A stretch of 64,000 bases of DNA, from the NCBI GenBank assembly GCA_963624325.1, contig CAVFPH010000001.1, positions 32,211 through 96,210 of the forward strand, given 5' to 3'. The notes beneath the pieces were generated by a model. The model did no database searches and was not told where the DNA came from. It saw nothing but the letters and a program-made list of their open reading frames with translations. The DNA is from a bacterium (GTDB taxonomy: Bacteria; Bacillota; Clostridia; Christensenellales; Aristaeellaceae). Below are positions 25,266-34,966 of the stretch, in pieces. Position numbers and translations under genes: made by a program. Numbering within the stretch: position 1 is the first letter of the stretch; every line of letters starts with the position of its first letter.

Positions 25266-26651
25266 ATGGAACGACCCAATGCTTGGAAAAACTACGACGG
25301 AGCGGCGCTGGAAGCGCTGGAAGCTGTCAGCACCCGTTACCGCGATTTTTTGGATCATGGCAAAACCGAACGCGAATGTGTGATTGAAACCGTTGCTGCC
25401 GCGAAAAAGGCGGGGTATATTGACCTGGAACAGGCAATTGCCGAGCAGCGTATGCTGCAGCCCGGCGATAAGGTGTTTGTAAACTGCATGGGCAAGGCTG
25501 TGATGCTCTTCCACATGGGTAAGCAGCCTTTGGAAAAGGGCATCAACATTGTGGGCGCACACATCGATTCTCCGCGCATCGATGTAAAGCAGAATCCGTT
25601 CTATGAGGCAGATGACATTGCCTATGCCGATACCCACTATTACGGCGGCATCAAAAAGTATCAGTGGGTCGCGCGCGCTATGGCGCTGCACGGCGTTGTT
25701 GCAAAGAAAGACGGATCGATTGTAAATATTGTGATCGGCGAGGATGACGACGATCCCGTGGTCGGCATTTCCGATCTGCTGATTCATCTTTCCGGCGATC
25801 AGATGAGCAAAAAAGGCTCCGAAGTAATCGGCGGCGAAGATCTGGACATTATCATGTGCGGGCGTCCGCTGGAGGGTGAGGAGAAAGAGCCGGTTAAGGC
25901 CATGCTGCTCAAGCTTCTGAAAGAGCGCTACGATATTGATGAAAGCGATATGATTTCCGCCGAAATCGAAGCGGTTCCTGCCGGAAAGACGCGCGATTTC
26001 GGGCTGGATCGCAGCATGCTGCTTGGCTATGGCCATGATGACCGTGTGTGTGCTTATGCATCGATCGAGGCAATTCTGACATTGCCCGATGTGCCGGAGT
26101 ACACCTGCTGCTGCCTGCTGGCCGATAAAGAGGAAATCGGCAGCGTGGGTGCTACCGGTATGCGCGCGCATTACTTTGAAAACGCGATGGCAGAGCTGCT
26201 TGCCCTGACTACGCCCGTATACAGCGAGCTGACGCTGCGCCGTGCGCTGCGTGCCTGCCGTATGCTCAGCTGCGATGTAAGCGCGGGCTACGATCCGCTC
26301 TACGCCGCCGCTTTTGAAAAGAAAAACGCCGCTTTGCTGGGTCACGGCGTTTGCTACAACAAGTTTACCGGTTCTCGCGGCAAGTCCGGCTCCAATGATG
26401 CCAATGCCGAGTTTATCGGCCGCCTGCGCAAGATTATGGATGATAACAACGTTGCCTGGCAGACGGCTGAACTGGGCCGTGTGGATGTCGGCGGCGGCGG
26501 CACGATTGCCTATATCTGCGCACTGTATGGCATGGAAGTAATTGACAGCGGCGTCCCCGTGCTTTCCATGCACGCTCCGCAGGAAATTATCAACAAGGCC
26601 GACCTTTATGAGGCCGTAAAGGCATACCGCGCATTCATGATTGAAGGCTGA
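25266..26651 (+). CDS. M18-family aminopeptidase
   Basis: AHIDSPRIDVK, GHDDRVCAYA, LADKEEIGSVGATG and LSMHAP blocks. TGaTATAAT at 25218-25226 and AGGAGG upstream. Confidence 0.8.
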   Translation: MERPNAWKNYDGAALEALEAVSTRYRDFLDHGKTERECVIETVAAAKKAGYIDLEQAIAEQRMLQPGDKVFVNCMGKAVMLFHMGKQPLEKGINIVGAHIDSPRIDVKQNPFYEADDIAYADTHYYGGIKKYQWVARAMALHGVVAKKDGSIVNIVIGEDDDDPVVGISDLLIHLSGDQMSKKGSEVIGGEDLDIIMCGRPLEGEEKEPVKAMLLKLLKERYDIDESDMISAEIEAVPAGKTRDFGLDRSMLLGYGHDDRVCAYASIEAILTLPDVPEYTCCCLLADKEEIGSVGATGMRAHYFENAMAELLALTTPVYSELTLRRALRACRMLSCDVSAGYDPLYAAAFEKKNAALLGHGVCYNKFTGSRGKSGSNDANAEFIGRLRKIMDDNNVAWQTAELGRVDVGGGGTIAYICALYGMEVIDSGVPVLSMHAPQEIINKADLYEAVKAYRAFMIEG

Positions 26652-26665
26652 CATTGAAATACAGA

Positions 26666-26710
26666 ATCTCCCCCGCTTGCCGCAGATGAGCAGGCGGGGG
26701 AGATTTTTTC
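26666..26710. terminator. bidirectional intrinsic terminator (aminopeptidase / oppF convergent)
   Basis: ATCTCCCCCGC ... GCGGGGGAGAT (11-bp stem) followed by TTTTTT. Confidence 0.7.
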
Positions 26711-26725
26711 TGCCTATTCGGTTTA

Positions 26726-27649
26726 TTATTCTTTGGTCCAAGCGGCAAACTCTGCATCGGTAGCCAGTACCGTGTGCGTACCGCCTACCGAATGCTGCGT
26801 TCCCTTGGTGTAATCGATGCCGCTGGAAGCATAATCATAGCTGATGGATTTACGGCGCTTTTCCACTTCCGGATTGGGATGGGGGATGGCCGAAAGCAGA
26901 CTCTTGGTGTATGGATGTATGGGGTTGGAAAAGATTTCCTGTTTGCTGCCCGCTTCCACCATGTATCCCAAGTGCAGCACACCGATTCGGTCCGAGATAT
27001 ACTTGACCATGCTCAGGTCATGCGCGATAAACAGATACGCACAACCGGTCTCCTGCTGAATGTCCTTCATCAAATTGACAACCTGCGCCTGAATGGAGAC
27101 GTCCAAGGCAGATATGCATTCATCAGCGATAATCAGCTTCGGCTGCATAATCAGGGCGCGGGCAATGCCTACGCGCTGGCGCTGACCGCCCGAAAACTGA
27201 TGCGGATAGCGGGAGGCGTGTTCGGGGGAAAGGCCGACCTTTTTCAGCATTTCCGCGATCAGGGCACTGCGCTCTGCCTTGGTTTTGCAGGTATGATGGA
27301 TATCCAGCCCTTCGCCGATGATATCCTCTACCTTTTTGCGCGGGTTCAGGCTGGCCATGGGGTCCTGAAAAATCATCTGCATTTCGGCACGCAGCATCTT
27401 GCGCGTGTCGGGGCTTAATCTTCCGCTGATTACCTTTCCGTCAAAGGTTATGACGCCGTCAGTGGGATTATACAGCCGAATAATGCTGCGCCCGATGGTG
27501 GTTTTGCCCGAGCCGGATTCACCGACCAAGCCGTAGGTCTCGCCGGGATATACCTCAAAGGATACGCCGTTTACGGCTTTGACCGTATAAGAATGGGAAA
27601 TCGGAAAGTGCTGCTTGAGATTTTCCACCTTCAGCAAAGGCTCACTCAT
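26726..27649 (-). CDS. oppF: oligopeptide ABC transporter ATP-binding protein
   Basis: Walker A GESGSGKTT, signature FSGGQRQR, Walker B LIIADE, C-terminal oligopeptide-type extension. Last gene of an A-B-C-D-F order. Confidence 0.85.
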   Translation of the reverse strand: MSEPLLKVENLKQHFPISHSYTVKAVNGVSFEVYPGETYGLVGESGSGKTTIGRSIIRLYNPTDGVITFDGKVISGRLSPDTRKMLRAEMQMIFQDPMASLNPRKKVEDIIGEGLDIHHTCKTKAERSALIAEMLKKVGLSPEHASRYPHQFSGGQRQRVGIARALIMQPKLIIADECISALDVSIQAQVVNLMKDIQQETGCAYLFIAHDLSMVKYISDRIGVLHLGYMVEAGSKQEIFSNPIHPYTKSLLSAIPHPNPEVEKRRKSISYDYASSGIDYTKGTQHSVGGTHTVLATDAEFAAWTKE

Positions 27650-28722
27650 AGGTACTTTTCCGCCTCCTTTCTGGCACGCGCCAAGCGCAGCTGCAATTCC
27701 TTCGGCATTTCAATTTTCGGTGCATCGGGGTGGAGCAGCCATGTTGCGGCGTAGTGGGTATCGCTTACACGGAACAGCGGCGGCTCAAGCTTTTCGTCTA
27801 TCTTCAGGGCAAAGCGGTTGCGCGGGGCGAAAGCATCGCCGACGGGCTCATGCAAAAGATTGGGTGGACTGCCCGGGATGGAATACAGTCGATCATCATC
27901 CGTATCCAGATCCGGCATGGCAGAAAGCAATCCCCAGGTATAGGGATGCTTCGGATCATAGAAAATTTCATCAATCCGCCCCGTTTCGACAATTTTGCCG
28001 GCGTACATGACATTGACGTAATCGGCTACCTTGGCGACAACGCCCAGATCGTGGGTGATATAGATGACGGAAAGCTGCATTTTCTTCTGGATGTCCTGAA
28101 TCAGCTCCAGAATCTTGGCCTGTATGGTCACATCCAGCGCGGTGGTAGGTTCATCGCAGATCAGCACATCGGGGTTTGCGGACAGGGCGATGGCAATTAC
28201 CACACGCTGGCGCATGCCGCCCGACAGCTGGTGCGGATAGTTTTTCATGCGCTTTTCCGCATCGGTGATGCCAACCAGCTGCAAAAGCTCCAAAGCCCGT
28301 GCACGGGCCTGCTGCTTGCTCATGCCGCAATGAAGGATCATGCCCTCCATCACCTGCTTGCCGATCTGCATGGTGGGGTCAAGGCTGGTCATGGGATCCT
28401 GAAAAACCATGGCGATATGCTGGCCGTTGATTGTCTGCCGCAGCTGTTTCCGGCTCATCTGCAGCAGATCGACGGAATGCACAGCGCCTTCTTTATCCGG
28501 GCAGGAATAGATGATTTCCCCGTGATTAACGGTTGCGTTGCTGTCCAACAGCCCCATGGCGGCCTTCATGGTGACGGATTTTCCGGAACCGGACTCTCCG
28601 ACAATGGCGACCGTTTCACCGCGGTGAAGGTCAAAATTGACGCCGCGGATGGCATGCACGCAGCCCGCGCTCGTGCGGAAGGAGATGTCCAAATCGCGGA
28701 TTTGAAGAATGGTGTCGTTCAT
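27646..28722 (-). CDS. oppD: oligopeptide ABC transporter ATP-binding protein
   Basis: [32 protein letters not shown] overlap with oppF. Confidence 0.85.
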   Translation of the reverse strand: MNDTILQIRDLDISFRTSAGCVHAIRGVNFDLHRGETVAIVGESGSGKSVTMKAAMGLLDSNATVNHGEIIYSCPDKEGAVHSVDLLQMSRKQLRQTINGQHIAMVFQDPMTSLDPTMQIGKQVMEGMILHCGMSKQQARARALELLQLVGITDAEKRMKNYPHQLSGGMRQRVVIAIALSANPDVLICDEPTTALDVTIQAKILELIQDIQKKMQLSVIYITHDLGVVAKVADYVNVMYAGKIVETGRIDEIFYDPKHPYTWGLLSAMPDLDTDDDRLYSIPGSPPNLLHEPVGDAFAPRNRFALKIDEKLEPPLFRVSDTHYAATWLLHPDAPKIEMPKELQLRLARARKEAEKYL

Positions 28723-28733
28723 ACCGCGCCTCC

Positions 28734-29789
28734 TTACATGTCTTCAAGCTTGGGAGCAAGTGCTTCGCGAAGCCCGTCGCCGATAAAGTTGAAACCGAGC
28801 ATCAGCAGCGCCAACACCAGAATCGGCGGCAAAATCTGATACGGCAGGGTGGTGATGTTGTTGAAGCCATCCTCAATCAATGTGCCCACGGAGCACTGCG
28901 GCAGCACGATGCCGACGCCTACGAAACTGAGGAATGCTTCAGTAAAAATGGCGGTGGGGATGGAGAACATTACCTGTGTGATGATGGGGCCAATGGTGTT
29001 CGGCAGAATTTCCTTAAAGATGATATGGCCGCTGCGGGCACCGAGCGTGCGGCTGGCCAGCACATATTCCTGCTCTTTCACCTTCAGCATTTCGGCACGC
29101 GCGATTTTGCTCATGCCGATCCACTCGGTCAAAAGCAGGGCCACAATGACCAGCCCCATGCCTTTTTTCATAAATATGGCCAGCACGGATACAATTACCA
29201 GACGCGGAACGCTGTTGGCCACCTCTACAAAACGCTGCATGATGTTGTCTGTTATGCCGCCGAAATAACCGGAAACCAGGCCGTAGCTCATGCCGACGAT
29301 CATGTCGATCATGATGGTGATGAAAGCGATCAGGAGGGATACACGCGCACCGTGCCAGGTGCGTGTCCACAGATCGCGCCCCATATCGTCCGTGCCGAAA
29401 AGAAAGGTGCAGTCGGCAAAATAGTCATCGTATGCTTCTCCGCCAAACAATTTGTGCAGCCACGGAATGCGCGGAGAGATGCCGCCGGCTGTGATCTGCC
29501 GGTTGCGTCCGTTTACTTTTGTTGTTACGGATATAATGTCCTTGTAGCCGTACTGGCTCATCATGGGGCCGAAAATGGCAAAGAACAAGATCAAAAGCAC
29601 AATCACAAGTCCCGTGACTGCGCGTTTATTGCGGAAAAAGTGGACAGCTACGCCCTTCCAATACCCTTGAGAAGCAAAGTTGCGGTCTGTAGCAATATCA
29701 TGCTGCTCCAGCAGCTCAAAGTCCTCTTTGCGGGGAATATAATCCGCAGCGGGCTGCACAGAGGCGGTTTTTCTGACGATTGTACTCAT
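28734..29789 (-). CDS. oppC: oligopeptide ABC transporter permease
   Basis: N-terminal extension typical of OppC, then a BPD-transport domain (GTDDMGRDLWTR...). Confidence 0.85.
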   Translation of the reverse strand: MSTIVRKTASVQPAADYIPRKEDFELLEQHDIATDRNFASQGYWKGVAVHFFRNKRAVTGLVIVLLILFFAIFGPMMSQYGYKDIISVTTKVNGRNRQITAGGISPRIPWLHKLFGGEAYDDYFADCTFLFGTDDMGRDLWTRTWHGARVSLLIAFITIMIDMIVGMSYGLVSGYFGGITDNIMQRFVEVANSVPRLVIVSVLAIFMKKGMGLVIVALLLTEWIGMSKIARAEMLKVKEQEYVLASRTLGARSGHIIFKEILPNTIGPIITQVMFSIPTAIFTEAFLSFVGVGIVLPQCSVGTLIEDGFNNITTLPYQILPPILVLALLMLGFNFIGDGLREALAPKLEDM

Positions 29790-30734
29790 TTATGCTTCCC
29801 CCTTTGCGGACACGCGGATGCGCGGATCCAATATGCCGTAGAGAATATCAACCACCAGCATCATGCCGATGTAAAGTGTGGAATAAAGAATACCGAGCGC
29901 GAGCACGTAGTTATAGTCCACGCCCTCGCCGGTGATGGCATCCACCATCAGTTTGCCGATCCCGTTTATGCCGTATATTTTCTCCACCACCAGCGCGCCG
30001 GTCAGCAGATCCACAATCAGAGGAGCCAGGACGGTTACAATAGGCACCAGTGCATTGCGCAGCACATGGCGGCGGATGAGCAGGGAACCTTCCATGCCCT
30101 TGGACTCGGCCAAATGCACATAATCGCTGTCGATGACTTCCACCATCTCATTGCGGGTAAAACGCGCAATGGTGGACATGGTGAACAGGCTCAGCGACAG
30201 AGAAGGAAGGACGGAGGAAAGAAGGAACTTGGAGGAATCGAAAAAGTAGGGGAAAATCGAAATCTTGTAGGAAAAATTGTACTGCAGGAAAATCAGAAAT
30301 ACATAGGACGGCACGCATACACCGATGATGGAAAAAACCGTACAGAAACCATCCAGAAATTTTCCGCGGTGCAGGGCGGCGCATATGCCGAGCAAAAGCC
30401 CGAAAAACGTACCGATCAGCACGGCCAGACCGCCGATCCTGAAGGAATTGGATACGCAATTGGACAGTACTGTCTTGATTGGAGCACCGTTATAGAGGGA
30501 GGTGCCTTTGCCGAAATCTCCCTGAAACACATTTTTCATGTAGCGTACAAACTGCAGAAGAATAGGGTCATCCAGCCCCATTTCAGCACGCTTGTTGGCA
30601 ATCTGAATGTCAGACATCCTCTCGGAAGGGAAAGGATTGCCGGGCATGATACGTACCAGCACAAACAGCACAAAAATGATCACCAGCAGTGTTGCCAGTG
30701 CCATTCCGATTCTTTTCAAGGTGTATTTCAGCAT
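29790..30734 (-). CDS. oppB: oligopeptide ABC transporter permease
   Basis: MLKYTLKRIGMALATLLVIIFVLF...; DppB/OppB-type permease of about 314 aa. Its stop abuts the oppC start. Confidence 0.85.
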   Translation of the reverse strand: MLKYTLKRIGMALATLLVIIFVLFVLVRIMPGNPFPSERMSDIQIANKRAEMGLDDPILLQFVRYMKNVFQGDFGKGTSLYNGAPIKTVLSNCVSNSFRIGGLAVLIGTFFGLLLGICAALHRGKFLDGFCTVFSIIGVCVPSYVFLIFLQYNFSYKISIFPYFFDSSKFLLSSVLPSLSLSLFTMSTIARFTRNEMVEVIDSDYVHLAESKGMEGSLLIRRHVLRNALVPIVTVLAPLIVDLLTGALVVEKIYGINGIGKLMVDAITGEGVDYNYVLALGILYSTLYIGMMLVVDILYGILDPRIRVSAKGEA

Positions 30735-30777
30735 AAAAGCAGCAGTTCCTTTTCAATCGTTCGAAGATGACAAAGAC

Positions 30778-30810
30778 CTCAGAGCGGCCGAAAGGCCGAC
30801 CGCTCTGAGG
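30778..30810 (-). other. intra-operon hairpin between oppA and oppB
   Basis: CCTCAGAGCGG ... CCGCTCTGAGG (11-bp perfect stem with an internal GGCC-GAAA-GGCC) directly after the oppA stop. Classic position for differential oppA mRNA stabilisation or partial termination. Confidence 0.5.
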
Positions 30811-30827
30811 GTTGAAAAACGGAGAGC

Positions 30828-32492
30828 TTATTCAATCACAGCGGATTTGTATACACGGTTCAGTGCGACGGGGTGGAAGTCAATGCCCGATACGCCGGAG
30901 GTGATCAGGTTTGCATTGGCCTGCGTGTACAGAGGCGCGATGACGGCATCCTGCATAACCAGCGTTTCGGCCTTGAACATGGCATCCCAGCGGGCATCGT
31001 AATCGGTGATGTAAGCGCCGGTGGTGCAGTCGGCAATCAGCTGATCATAATCCGCATTGCTCCAGAAACCGTAGTTGTTGGAGGCGTTCGTGATCCACAA
31101 GCCAAGGTAGGTCATCGGGTCAGCATAGTCAGGTCCCCAACGGGTGAGAGCGATATCGTAGTTGTCGTTCTGCATCTTGTCCAGGCGCTCGGCCTTGGTC
31201 ATGGGCTGCAGGTTCAGGGTAACACCGGGCAGGTTGGCTTCCACCTGGCTCTTGATCGACTGGGCAACCTTGGCAATTACATCGCCCTCGTTGTTGCCGT
31301 AGATCAGGGTGAATGTGAAGGTGTCCTTGCCAAGCTCTTCCTTGGCCTTTGCAAGGTACTCCAGGGCTTTTTCAACGTTGTAGTCGCAGTAATCGATGAA
31401 CGCCATCTGATCCTCGGAGAAATCGGCACCCGTCGTGCTGCTTGCGGCAAACTGCGGGGGAACCGCCGTATAGGTTGCGATGGAACCATCCATTACGTTG
31501 TTTTCAACGATGGACTCGCGGTCGATTGCGTTGGAAATGGCAAGACGGAGATTCTTGTTTGCCAGCATGCCGCCCTCGGCATTCTTTTCGGTCTGGCTGA
31601 AGGTAAGATACCACAGATAGCCGGCGCCGGTTACATTCAGCGCGCTGGCCAGGTCACTGTCCTTCTTGGCGCTGGCAACCTGATTGCCGCTGATTGTTAC
31701 AACATCCAGCGCACCGGTCTTGAAGGCAACAAGCGCGTTGTCCGAAGAGCCGACAACCTGGTACTTGATACCGGCAAGCTTTACGCGGTCGGCATCCCAG
31801 TAATCGGGATTCTTCTTAACCGTCAGGCTGGCCGTACCGGGAGTGTAGGACTCCAGCAGGAAAGCACCGTTGGAAAGGAAGGTTTCGGGGCTCGTGCCGT
31901 AGGTGCCTTCTTCCAGGCTGTTGTAGAAAGCTTCATTGATGGGATAGAAAGTGGGGAAGTACATCAGGGATGCAAAGAAGGAGACGGGGCACTCCAATTC
32001 TACAACCAGCGTTTTATCATCGGGAGCGGACACACACAGCGTTTCGGGATCAGCCTTGCCGTCGATGATATCCTGTGCACCCTTTACGCAGCCGACGCTG
32101 CTGCCAAACATGTAGGCATACTCGCCGGCTTCCTTGCAGATGCGGCGCCAGGCAAATACAAAGTCGGCGGCGGTCACGGGAGTGCCGTTGGACCAAGACG
32201 CATCGCGCAGGTGGAAAGTATAGGTCATACCGTCATCGGACAAGTCATAGGATTCAGCCAGGGCAGGAATGGAAGCGCCGGTTGAGTCCATCTGCATCAA
32301 ACCGTCAATGCAATCTGCGATGACCTCAAAGGATTCACCGTCTGTTGCCAGGTTGGTATCCAGCGACATGACGTTTGTGCTGAGCATGACGCCCAGATAC
32401 TTGTCGCTGTCGGCCATTGCGGAGCCGGAGAAGCACGCAAGCACCATCAGCACTGCAAGCAGCATCGAAAGGGCTTTTTTCATAGTTTTCAT
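30828..32492 (-). CDS. oppA: oligopeptide ABC substrate-binding protein (family 5)
   Basis: Signal peptide MKTMKKALSMLLAVLMVLACFSGSAMA. About 554 aa, family-5 SBP. First gene of the opp operon. Confidence 0.85.
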   Translation of the reverse strand: MKTMKKALSMLLAVLMVLACFSGSAMADSDKYLGVMLSTNVMSLDTNLATDGESFEVIADCIDGLMQMDSTGASIPALAESYDLSDDGMTYTFHLRDASWSNGTPVTAADFVFAWRRICKEAGEYAYMFGSSVGCVKGAQDIIDGKADPETLCVSAPDDKTLVVELECPVSFFASLMYFPTFYPINEAFYNSLEEGTYGTSPETFLSNGAFLLESYTPGTASLTVKKNPDYWDADRVKLAGIKYQVVGSSDNALVAFKTGALDVVTISGNQVASAKKDSDLASALNVTGAGYLWYLTFSQTEKNAEGGMLANKNLRLAISNAIDRESIVENNVMDGSIATYTAVPPQFAASSTTGADFSEDQMAFIDYCDYNVEKALEYLAKAKEELGKDTFTFTLIYGNNEGDVIAKVAQSIKSQVEANLPGVTLNLQPMTKAERLDKMQNDNYDIALTRWGPDYADPMTYLGLWITNASNNYGFWSNADYDQLIADCTTGAYITDYDARWDAMFKAETLVMQDAVIAPLYTQANANLITSGVSGIDFHPVALNRVYKSAVIE

Positions 32493-32549
32493 CCTTTCAT
32501 TTTTAGATCCTTCAGCGCGGCGCCCGTTTGCCGTCCTGAATTACGGATA

Positions 32550-32577
32550 ATTATATATATATATTTTAAAAATGCAA
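32550..32577 (-). promoter_or_regulatory. candidate sigma-A promoter of the opp operon
   Basis: Minus strand reads TTGCAT - 16 nt (A/T-rich, includes a (TA)n run) - TATAAT. Confidence 0.4.
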
Positions 32578-32593
32578 GAGTATAAACGTGAAA

Positions 32594-32682
32594 ATACAAT
32601 TTTGATACAATACGATGCTAAAGCGTGAGATTTTTGCAGGGAATGCACGATGAACTTGCATAATATACAATAATTATACAAA
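32594..32682. repeat. two pairs of ATACAAT/ATACAAW direct repeats with 11-bp phasing
   Basis: ATACAAT at 32594 and 32605, ATACAAT at 32665 and ATACAAA at 32676. All lie upstream of the putative opp -35 relative to minus-strand transcription. Confidence 0.5.
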
Positions 32683-32712
32683 TAACGCCGTATTGTACAT
32701 CTTTGGCCGTAT

Positions 32713-32756
32713 CGAAAAAAACAACGGCGGAGATTTTTGCAATCTCTGCCGTTTTG
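32713..32756 (-). terminator. intrinsic terminator after tex
   Basis: Minus strand: AACGGCAGAGAT-TGCAAAA-ATCTCCGCCGTT followed by GTTTTTTT. Confidence 0.65.
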
Positions 32757-32767
32757 ACAGGGCTTAT

Positions 32768-34927
32768 TCACTTTTGAACCGGCGGAATCATGCTCAGCGC
32801 AATGCGCTTTTTCTTTTCGTCAACTTCGACGACCCATACCTTTACATGATCCCCAACCTTCGCCGCCTCGGACGGATGACGGATGTAACGGTCTGCCATG
32901 CGCGAGATATGGACAAGCCCATCCTGGTGAACACCGATGTCCACAAACGCACCGAAATCGATCACGTTGCGAACCGTTCCCATCAATTCCATACCGGGCT
33001 TTAAGTCCTTGATGTCCAGCACATCCGTGCGCAGAATCGGCTGCGGCAAATCCTCGCGCGGATCGCGGCCGGGCTTTTGAAGTTCGGACAGGATATCCTG
33101 CAGGGTAGGCAGTCCAAGCCCCGTTTCGGCAGACAGCTTTTCCAATCCGTAGACCTGCGCTTTGCCCAAAATGCCGGGAATGCCGCCTTTCTTTAGATCC
33201 TCTGCCGAGACACCCAGGGCTTTCAGAAGCAGTTTGGCCGCATCATAGCTCTCAGGATGAACGGCGGTGGCATCCAATGGGTTTTTGCTTGCCTGAACGC
33301 GCAGAAAGCCGGCGCACTGCTCATAGGCACGCGGCCCGAGTTTGGGTACTTTTTTCAGCGCGGCGCGGCTTGGCAGCCCGTTTTCATCGCGGTAGGCAAT
33401 GATATTCTTGGCTAACGCCGGGCCGATTCCCGCCACGTGGGACAGAAGCTCTGCCGAGGCTGTGGACAGCTCAACGCCCACGGAGTTTACGCAGTGCTCC
33501 ACCACCCCGTCCAGTGCGGCGGTCAGTTCATTTTGCTTCAGGTCATGTTGATATTGGCCGACACCGATGGAACGCGGATCGATCTTGACCAGCTCGGCAA
33601 GTGGATCCTGCATACGGCGGGCAATGGATACCGCGCTGCGCAGGGATACATCATAATCGGGAAATTCCTGTGCGGCCAGTTTGCTGGCTGAGTATACGGA
33701 TGCGCCCGCCTCGCTTACAATGGTGTAGGCAACGCCCTGCGGCAAGGAGGGCAGGAGAGAGGCGATAAACTGTTCGCTTTCTCTTGATGCCGTGCCGTTT
33801 CCGATGGCAATGGCCGTAACGTGATGCCGTATTACCATGCTGCAGATCAGCTGACGTGCCTGCTCCTGCTGAAAGGTTTGACCGGGAATGGTAAAATGCC
33901 CGACGCCCGTTTCCAGAACCTTGCCGTTTTCGTCTACCACGGCCAGCTTGCATCCCGTGCGGAAACCGGGGTCTACCCCCAGTGTAACACGCCCTTTAAT
34001 GGGCGGCTGCATAAGCAGCTGCTGCAGGTTTTGAGAAAATACGCGGATTGCGCCCACGTTGGCACGGTCGGTCAGTTCGTTTCTGACTTCACGTTCCAGC
34101 GAGGGAAACAGCAGACGGCTCCAGGCATCCTGCGCGGCAAGGGCAACCTGAGGCGCAGTTTGGGCACCGCTGCGAACATATCGGGCGGCAATGATGCCGT
34201 TTGCCGCCGCATCCGGCGCAGTGACCGCAACCTTCAAAAAGCCTTCCTTTTCGCCTCGGTTGATTGCCAGGATACGATGATCGGCGACACGGCGAATCGG
34301 CTCCGAATAAGCGTAGTACATGCTGTATACGCTGTCCTCATCCTTTGCGGCGCACACCGTCAATACGCTGTCGCTCATTAAAAGACGGCGCAGATTTTTG
34401 CGCAGGGAGGCATCGTCGCTGATGGTTTCGGCGATGATGTCGCGTGCACCTGCCAAGGCGGCCTCCACATCGGGCACGTCCTTTTCCGGGTTGACATAGT
34501 CGGCTGCCAATGCTTCTAAAGTGCCTTTAAACGGCTGCTGAAGCAAAAGCACCCGGGATAATCCCTCCAGTCCGCGCTCACGCGCGATGGTGGCGCGGGT
34601 ACGACGCTTGGGGCGGAAGGGACGATAAATATCTTCCAGCTCGGAGAGGGTAGCGGCAGATGACAGCGCGGCGCGCAGTTTGTCTGTCAGAACATCCTGC
34701 TCAGTCAGGGACTTTTCTATTTCCATCCTGCGCTTGTCCAAATTGCGCAGGTATTCCAATCGCTCCGACAGTTCCCGGAGCAGCTGATCATCCAGCGAGC
34801 CTGTGGCTTCCTTTCGGTATCGGGCGATAAAAGGGACGGTATTCCCGGCGTCCAGCAGGTCAATAACGGCCTGTACCTGCTGGGGACGCAGGGAAAACTC
34901 ATGCGCTAAAACGGCGGCAAAATCCAT
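32768..34927 (-). CDS. tex: Tex-like RNA-binding transcriptional accessory protein
   Basis: 719 aa. N-terminal Tex domain (VPFIARYRKEATG), YqgF-like and HhH regions. C-terminal S1 domain (GTVRNVIDFGAFVDIGVHQDGLVHIS). Confidence 0.9.
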   Translation of the reverse strand: MDFAAVLAHEFSLRPQQVQAVIDLLDAGNTVPFIARYRKEATGSLDDQLLRELSERLEYLRNLDKRRMEIEKSLTEQDVLTDKLRAALSSAATLSELEDIYRPFRPKRRTRATIARERGLEGLSRVLLLQQPFKGTLEALAADYVNPEKDVPDVEAALAGARDIIAETISDDASLRKNLRRLLMSDSVLTVCAAKDEDSVYSMYYAYSEPIRRVADHRILAINRGEKEGFLKVAVTAPDAAANGIIAARYVRSGAQTAPQVALAAQDAWSRLLFPSLEREVRNELTDRANVGAIRVFSQNLQQLLMQPPIKGRVTLGVDPGFRTGCKLAVVDENGKVLETGVGHFTIPGQTFQQEQARQLICSMVIRHHVTAIAIGNGTASRESEQFIASLLPSLPQGVAYTIVSEAGASVYSASKLAAQEFPDYDVSLRSAVSIARRMQDPLAELVKIDPRSIGVGQYQHDLKQNELTAALDGVVEHCVNSVGVELSTASAELLSHVAGIGPALAKNIIAYRDENGLPSRAALKKVPKLGPRAYEQCAGFLRVQASKNPLDATAVHPESYDAAKLLLKALGVSAEDLKKGGIPGILGKAQVYGLEKLSAETGLGLPTLQDILSELQKPGRDPREDLPQPILRTDVLDIKDLKPGMELMGTVRNVIDFGAFVDIGVHQDGLVHISRMADRYIRHPSEAAKVGDHVKVWVVEVDEKKKRIALSMIPPVQK

Positions 34928-34966
34928 CGGCGGCCTTCCTTCGGTATATTTTCAGAGCGACAGTGA

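Noticed and set aside
23481-26741. 1086-aa open reading frame on the minus strand spanning the ligase, the intergenic gap and the aminopeptidase
   Set aside because: It is the codon-aligned antisense frame of two genes that happen to share a phase. Its stops would correspond to the rare sense codons TTA, CTA and TCA. The translation is low-complexity (R/A/G/H-rich) with no recognisable domain, RBS or motif, whereas both plus-strand genes have clear family signatures.
32551-32566. (TA)n microsatellite as a phase-variation tract
   Set aside because: The run is short (about 6 units) and lies in the spacer and -10 of an A/T-rich promoter. There is no evidence of variability from a single sequence.
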